Part shown: in pieces, positions 59,105-64,000 of the stretch
Position numbering within the stretch: position 1 is the first letter of the stretch
Layout of the letters: each line of letters starts with the position of its first letter
The notes under the pieces: model-generated
The model's database searches: none
What the model saw: the letters and a program-made list of their open reading frames with translations, nothing else
What the model was told of the DNA's origin: nothing
Made by a program: the position numbers and the translations under genes
From: Lama glama
Lineage: Eukaryota
Length of the DNA stretch: 64,000 nucleotides
Direction of reading: 5' to 3'
Assembly (NCBI GenBank): GCA_028534125.1
Contig: CM052816.1
Location: 90,832,001-90,896,000, forward strand

Positions 59105-59482
59105 TTCTAACAGCTGAATCACGATATAATTCACACCCCATACAGTCCACCCACTTAAAATGTACAATTTAGTGGCTTTTATTTTATTTACAGACTTGCA
59201 CAACCATCACCACTAACAAGTTTGTAACATTCGGTACCCAAAACAGAAACCCTGCACTCTGGGCAAAACCGGCCCTGGGCAACTACAACTTCTCCCTGCC
59301 TCTCTAGATCTGCCTCTTCTAGACATTTCATATTAACAGAATTGTACTATATGTAGTCTTTTAGGACAGGCTTCTTGCACTGAGCATAGTGTTTTCAAGG
59401 TTCATTGATGTTGTAGCTTGTACTTTATTCTGTTTTTTTGCTGAGTAATATTCCATGGTATGGATATGCCATCTTTTATTTA
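59105..59482 (-). mobile_element. L1MB-like 3' end
   Basis: gatataattcacac...aaaatgtacaatttagtgg...aaccatcaccactaa...tagacatttcatattaa...gctgagtaatattccatgg. Confidence 0.85.
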
Positions 59483-61469
59483 AAAGGAATAGTCTTAACG
59501 CTAAGTTGAAAAGAAACCTATAAAAGAAAAAGAATGGTTAGCCATCTATGGCCATTTTTATAGGGTTTATTATAGGTCACACTTTTACTATTTCTAAAAG
59601 TAAAGGTGTTATTTTGATGTGTAAGCTCGAGATCAGAATAATAGTTAAGAGCAGTGAGTTAAAAAGGAGTAGAATTAAAGGTTTAGACTGTCTTTTAAAC
59701 ACTATTTCTAGTTATGGTCTCCCATCTGAAAATGGGAACCTTTTTTTCCCCCCGCCTTATGGTTCAGAGAAGATGGAAAGATGATTAAAGCTTGGAGAAT
59801 GGGCTGTACAGAAGAAGCCTGGAAAGTGGGTTATCTAGCCCAGAGGAGGCTGGGATCCTTAGGTGGTGTGGACCAGCGATTCTCTTCCACTAGGAAGAAT
59901 GGATCAGCCCAGGTGGGAGAGCTGGTAACACAGGGAGGGACATCCTGACTCTGAGGACCTCCAGGACAGGGACGGGGTGACTGCAGAGAAACTGGCTCAC
60001 GTAGCCTTTGAGAAAAAGTGGTTGGCCTCTTGTCTGCTGGGAAAAATAGTAATGCCATTGATCTTACACCTTGGATTGCCAGGGATGGTTTTCCTCCTGC
60101 CTTTACTGTCTCAGCAGGTGAGAAATCGCCATGCCTGTGTCCTTGTACAAGTGAGGCTGTGTTAATACCCTGACCTCAGAGGGATGGACAGCAATCATGG
60201 CAGCTCACTCGATATTCAGCAACATTGTACAAGCGTAGCATTTCTTCAAGAGAGAAGATGGAACTTTAAGAAATGACCTATATAGTGAATTTTTTTCTAA
60301 TGAATTTTTGAGATTTCCTTTAAGTGGCTCCTCCAACTATCCCCACTTCACATCCAGTTCCACCCTCACCTGTCCCCCTCCATGGCTGCCTGGCAAAGGC
60401 TTTCGAGAAAGTCCTGAAAGTCCTGGGGTTACACAGGTAATTTTGATTTAAGCATTCATTGGTTATCTACGGGGAACTGGGGGAAGGAAAGGACTTAGGG
60501 GAGCAACTAGTGTTGGCTGTCACTTCCCATGTGAGCCGCCTTGGCCCCGAGCGCTTTTGATCAAGGTCACCTGTGAGGGAAACCAGACGCATTGGCAGCA
60601 AAGAAGCCTTCTCACATGTAGTCCAGGCCTCGCTTGGTTCCGCGGGCCATCTCCTACTTGAGAGTGACGAGGCCTGAAGAGTCACAGAACCAGAAGAGTG
60701 ACGCTGACTGTTCAGTCCTCTGCCAGCTGGCTGGGGACTCGCACAGGGATTCACAAACCGGTAAGAAATTCGATTAGTGTCTGAAAGCCGGAGGCAAAAA
60801 AGTGAGTTAATTTTTTGGTATCGGCTGTTCAATAAACCCTTACGAATGAGAACTGAAAATAAGACCCTGATGAATGAATTAATTTACATATGCATGGAGA
60901 GAAGGACTACTTCTGAGCGTCCACGTTGAAGCCAGTGTACGTAGTCATTCCTGGGCAGCAATAAATGAATGTTGTGTGTAACTCAGAATCTTCTTCTTGT
61001 TACTTTGTGACTTTTTAAAAATCTGTGCCCTCAACTGTATTGCCCTTTGAACGTGCCTAAAGTTGTATGCAGACTTTACTTCTATAGAACTTGTTCACTG
61101 CATCTGTATCTGTGTCCATTCATTCTAACCAGTGATTAGCTTTCTGATTTCCTCAAATTATCCAGTAATATCACATGTTTGTATATTAATTGATACTTCT
61201 CATTTTTGTTTCTAAGCTTCCATTATTTGGTTTGATCTTCCCAGAGGACCACGTTAAGCAAATAGAAGAGAAATCACAATCACGGGTTTGCAAATCTGAA
61301 TAGTCTCAAAAGTCATTATCACACATTATTTCTATGAAAATAATATGGAAATGCTGCATAAGGCTGACATTATATAATTCTCTGCAGTTTGGAAGATATT
61401 TTCATTTGATTGATCTCAGTTTGACCCTCTTAACAACCGTGTGACCCAAATTTCTAATTTTTTCAGTGG

Positions 61470-61625
61470 TTTTTTTTTTTAATTGAAGTATAGTTGATTT
61501 ACAGTGTTGTGTTAGTTTCAGGTGTACAGCAAAATGTTTCGGTTATACATATGTACTTTTTCATATTCTTTCTCATTATAGTTTATTACAAAATATTGAA
61601 TATGTATATATGGTAGGACCTTGTT
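61470..61625 (-). mobile_element. Short artiodactyl-type L1 3' end
   Basis: T-run then aattgaagtatagttgatttacagtgttgtgttagtttcaggtgtacagcaaa. The flanks share aaatttct (61448-61455 and 61626-61633). Confidence 0.85.
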
Positions 61626-64000
61626 AAATTTCTCGCTTTTAAAGTGTCATTTATAAAGATCTGTTTGTTCTCACTTCTCTGCCGCATAGACAGAAGCAAT
61701 TTCGGGTCCGTCAGTTTCTGGGACCTGACTTTCCAGTATAAAAGGAATCTAGGTAGCTGGGGGTGAGGTTCCTAAGGGGCCACCCACTCTGGGTTTAAGT
61801 ATAACTTTTTCTTAAGAAGTGTGAAGTCATACAGGGGGAAGAAAATCCCCAGAACATAATGGCTACTTTTTCATTCTCTCCCTGAAAGACTTCAAGTTCA
61901 GAAATATAAAATTGACCCCAGGGTGGAAATAAAGTTTTTATGCTGTCTACTGTTTTAGTTAAAAGCCATTTTACATGGCAGAAAAAAAAAGCGAGGGTGA
62001 ATTATTTACCACCACACTCCCCGCAAGCAGCTCTTTAGAACGCTCACTAGAAGGTGTCAGAAATGCCATTGGGTTTCTGGCCTTTGCCTCATCTTTCTCC
62101 CTGCTAATCTCCATTCCAGTTCTTAAGCTCTTTAACTGATAATTGATTTCATTTTGCTTTCTAAAATTCTCTTTGTGAAAAGATGCATAAGCAGCTGGGG
62201 GTTGGAGTGTCGGATTTAATACATCAAGCCAGTGTCAGTAAGAAAGAGCTGAGTGAATTGAAGATGCTCTTTGGTGAAAACATTTTCCTACAGTTGCTGG
62301 GCTAGGCAGCCTGGACGAATATGCAGAAGGGTATAGAACAATTAATTTTTCACTCGCCTAAAAGCATTCCTCTTGGTCTGATAGAAATTCCAGGTCTAAA
62401 ATTGCCATTAGGATCAGACTTGCTGAAAAAAGAGTGTAGATGTCAGTCTTCTCAGTTATTTTGTGTAAAGAAAGTCCAAGCCATCTGGGCTTTTCGTGCT
62501 TTCATTATGCTGGCTCTAAAGACAGAGCAAACTGGCTTTTGTTTTTAGGTTAAGGCAGATGTACCCAGCCTACCATCTCAATTTCTTTTGTATGGGTTGG
62601 CATATATTTTAGTTCCTTTGGAATGTTGGAAAGATTTCAGACCAAGTTGGGGAAGAAAAAAAGTATTGGTTTTTTTCCACGACCAAGTTTACTAGCTCAA
62701 ATATTTTGTGAACAAATGTCCTCTGAAGTAAGTACATTTATTTGACACCATTGTGGATGTGTCTCTAAATTTGTTGTTAATCTGGCTATTTGGTCAGATG
62801 TTTAACTTACGACTGAATCATGCAACCAGGGTTTGGTTTCAGTATATTTAAGAAAGCAAAGGCAGATCCTGAAATATTCTGCTCTTGTATTAATGTGTTG
62901 TGGGATAATGTTTTCCCTCGCAGCCATGAACTCTGCAGCAGTCTCTAAATGTGTCCTCGTAATTCAGCCTTTTTCCTTGGCTGCCTTGTGCTTTTATGGG
63001 TGTGTACTTTTTTTGGTGGGGAGTGTAGATAAAGACACTCTTCAATGATACAGGTTTAGTCATAACTGACTTTAAAATGAATGTTACTCTTAAGAATAGT
63101 CTTAAACCCAGAAGCTGTCTTTGGAATTTATTTTTAGTTACCTGTGGAGAAGCCACTGTGTTTTTAAAAACTGAAATAAAATCAGTGGGGCAAGGAATTA
63201 AATCTCTACTGTTGTCCAGAAGCAGATTAAGGCGTAGCAATCAGAAAATGCATGTGATGTGCAGATGATGGCCTGAAGCTATTTTTTTGGTTATCAGAGT
63301 GGAAGGAGAAAAATGCTTTCAAAGTAGTAATTCAGAGAATTTAAGGACTGCACATATAGTTGCTATTATTTTAACCTTCCTGAGTAGTAATTATATTTCC
63401 AAATGTAGTTGGAAAAAACTCATGTCCACAAGATACGCTGATGGTCCAGGCACAACTGAAGAAAAGCTATGGTCTCTGCCCTCTAGGACTTACACCTAGT
63501 TACCTAGTGCCAGTTATGGTAACTGCAACCATAATGGTGATGCTGGTGATGATGATGATGTAGGCGGTGGCCTCTTGCGTAGTCTGAGATTGGTCCTTCT
63601 GTGCTTAGCTGGTAGGTATCAACTCCTACCAGCAGTATTAGCTGCTGGTATTTCTCCAAACTTAACGAGGGAACACCAGTCCTAAATACCATTGGGAGAA
63701 GCCAGTAGGGGATGGGTTAATAAAGTCTGAGAAACACTACATTATTTTTCAGAAATTAAGAGCATGCATTTAGTTTTGATTTCCGTAGCAAAGAAATTAA
63801 AAAGGCAGAAAGAGAAAAAAGGCATTGAAGAAAGTGTTTCCATTCTTAATTAGGCTTTCCACACAGCAAGAGAAGCTGTTCATAAAATTAATCCCTGTCG
63901 ACATGCGTGCACTTGGGGAACTGCTGAGCTAGACCACGCTCCCTTTTCTGTGGTTGCTGTTTTCGTTTGGGGTCTTAGAATCAGTGTTGATCAGCTGAAA

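Larger units (their letters stand above)
44017..64000 (+). other. MYO10: MYO10 intron 2 (partial)
   Basis: Starts GTGAGC after exon 2. The next exon (expected VFTYKQSTIT...) was not found in the window. Confidence 0.85.

Noticed and set aside
63504..63692. His-rich 62-aa ORF
   Set aside because: It derives from a short (GAT/GGT)n simple repeat.
1..64000. A previously undescribed multi-gene system
   Set aside because: Everything recognisable is explained by one MYO10 exon, one RPL32 retrocopy and known repeat classes; the remaining leads are motif-level hypotheses only.

Overview
Mammalian intronic DNA, most likely from a camelid (three tRNA-Ala-derived Vic-1-type SINE copies plus artiodactyl-type L1 3' ends). 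The window lies inside MYO10 (myosin X), transcribed on the + strand. The only host coding sequence is the 99-nt exon 2 (43918-44016); the rest is intron 1 (exon 1 lies upstream of the window) and intron 2 (exon 3 not seen). Intron 1 carries an antisense, full-length RPL32 retrocopy with its 5'-TOP leader, an uninterrupted 135-codon ORF, poly(A) and a 17-bp TSD. It sits next to a sense-strand solo ERV LTR nested in an old L1. The remainder is ordinary eutherian repeat content (L1, MIR, L2, MER20/MER33/MER5/MER58/MER96, MADE2, MLT1), a 50/51-bp minisatellite, microsatellites and candidate enhancer or splice motifs. I found no convincing novel biological system. The best leads are the intact RPL32 retrocopy with promoter-like junction motifs, a recursive-splice/microexon-like site in intron 2, and several motif clusters. 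Repeat families were assigned from recalled consensus sequences and their boundaries are approximate. The other listed ORFs appear spurious.
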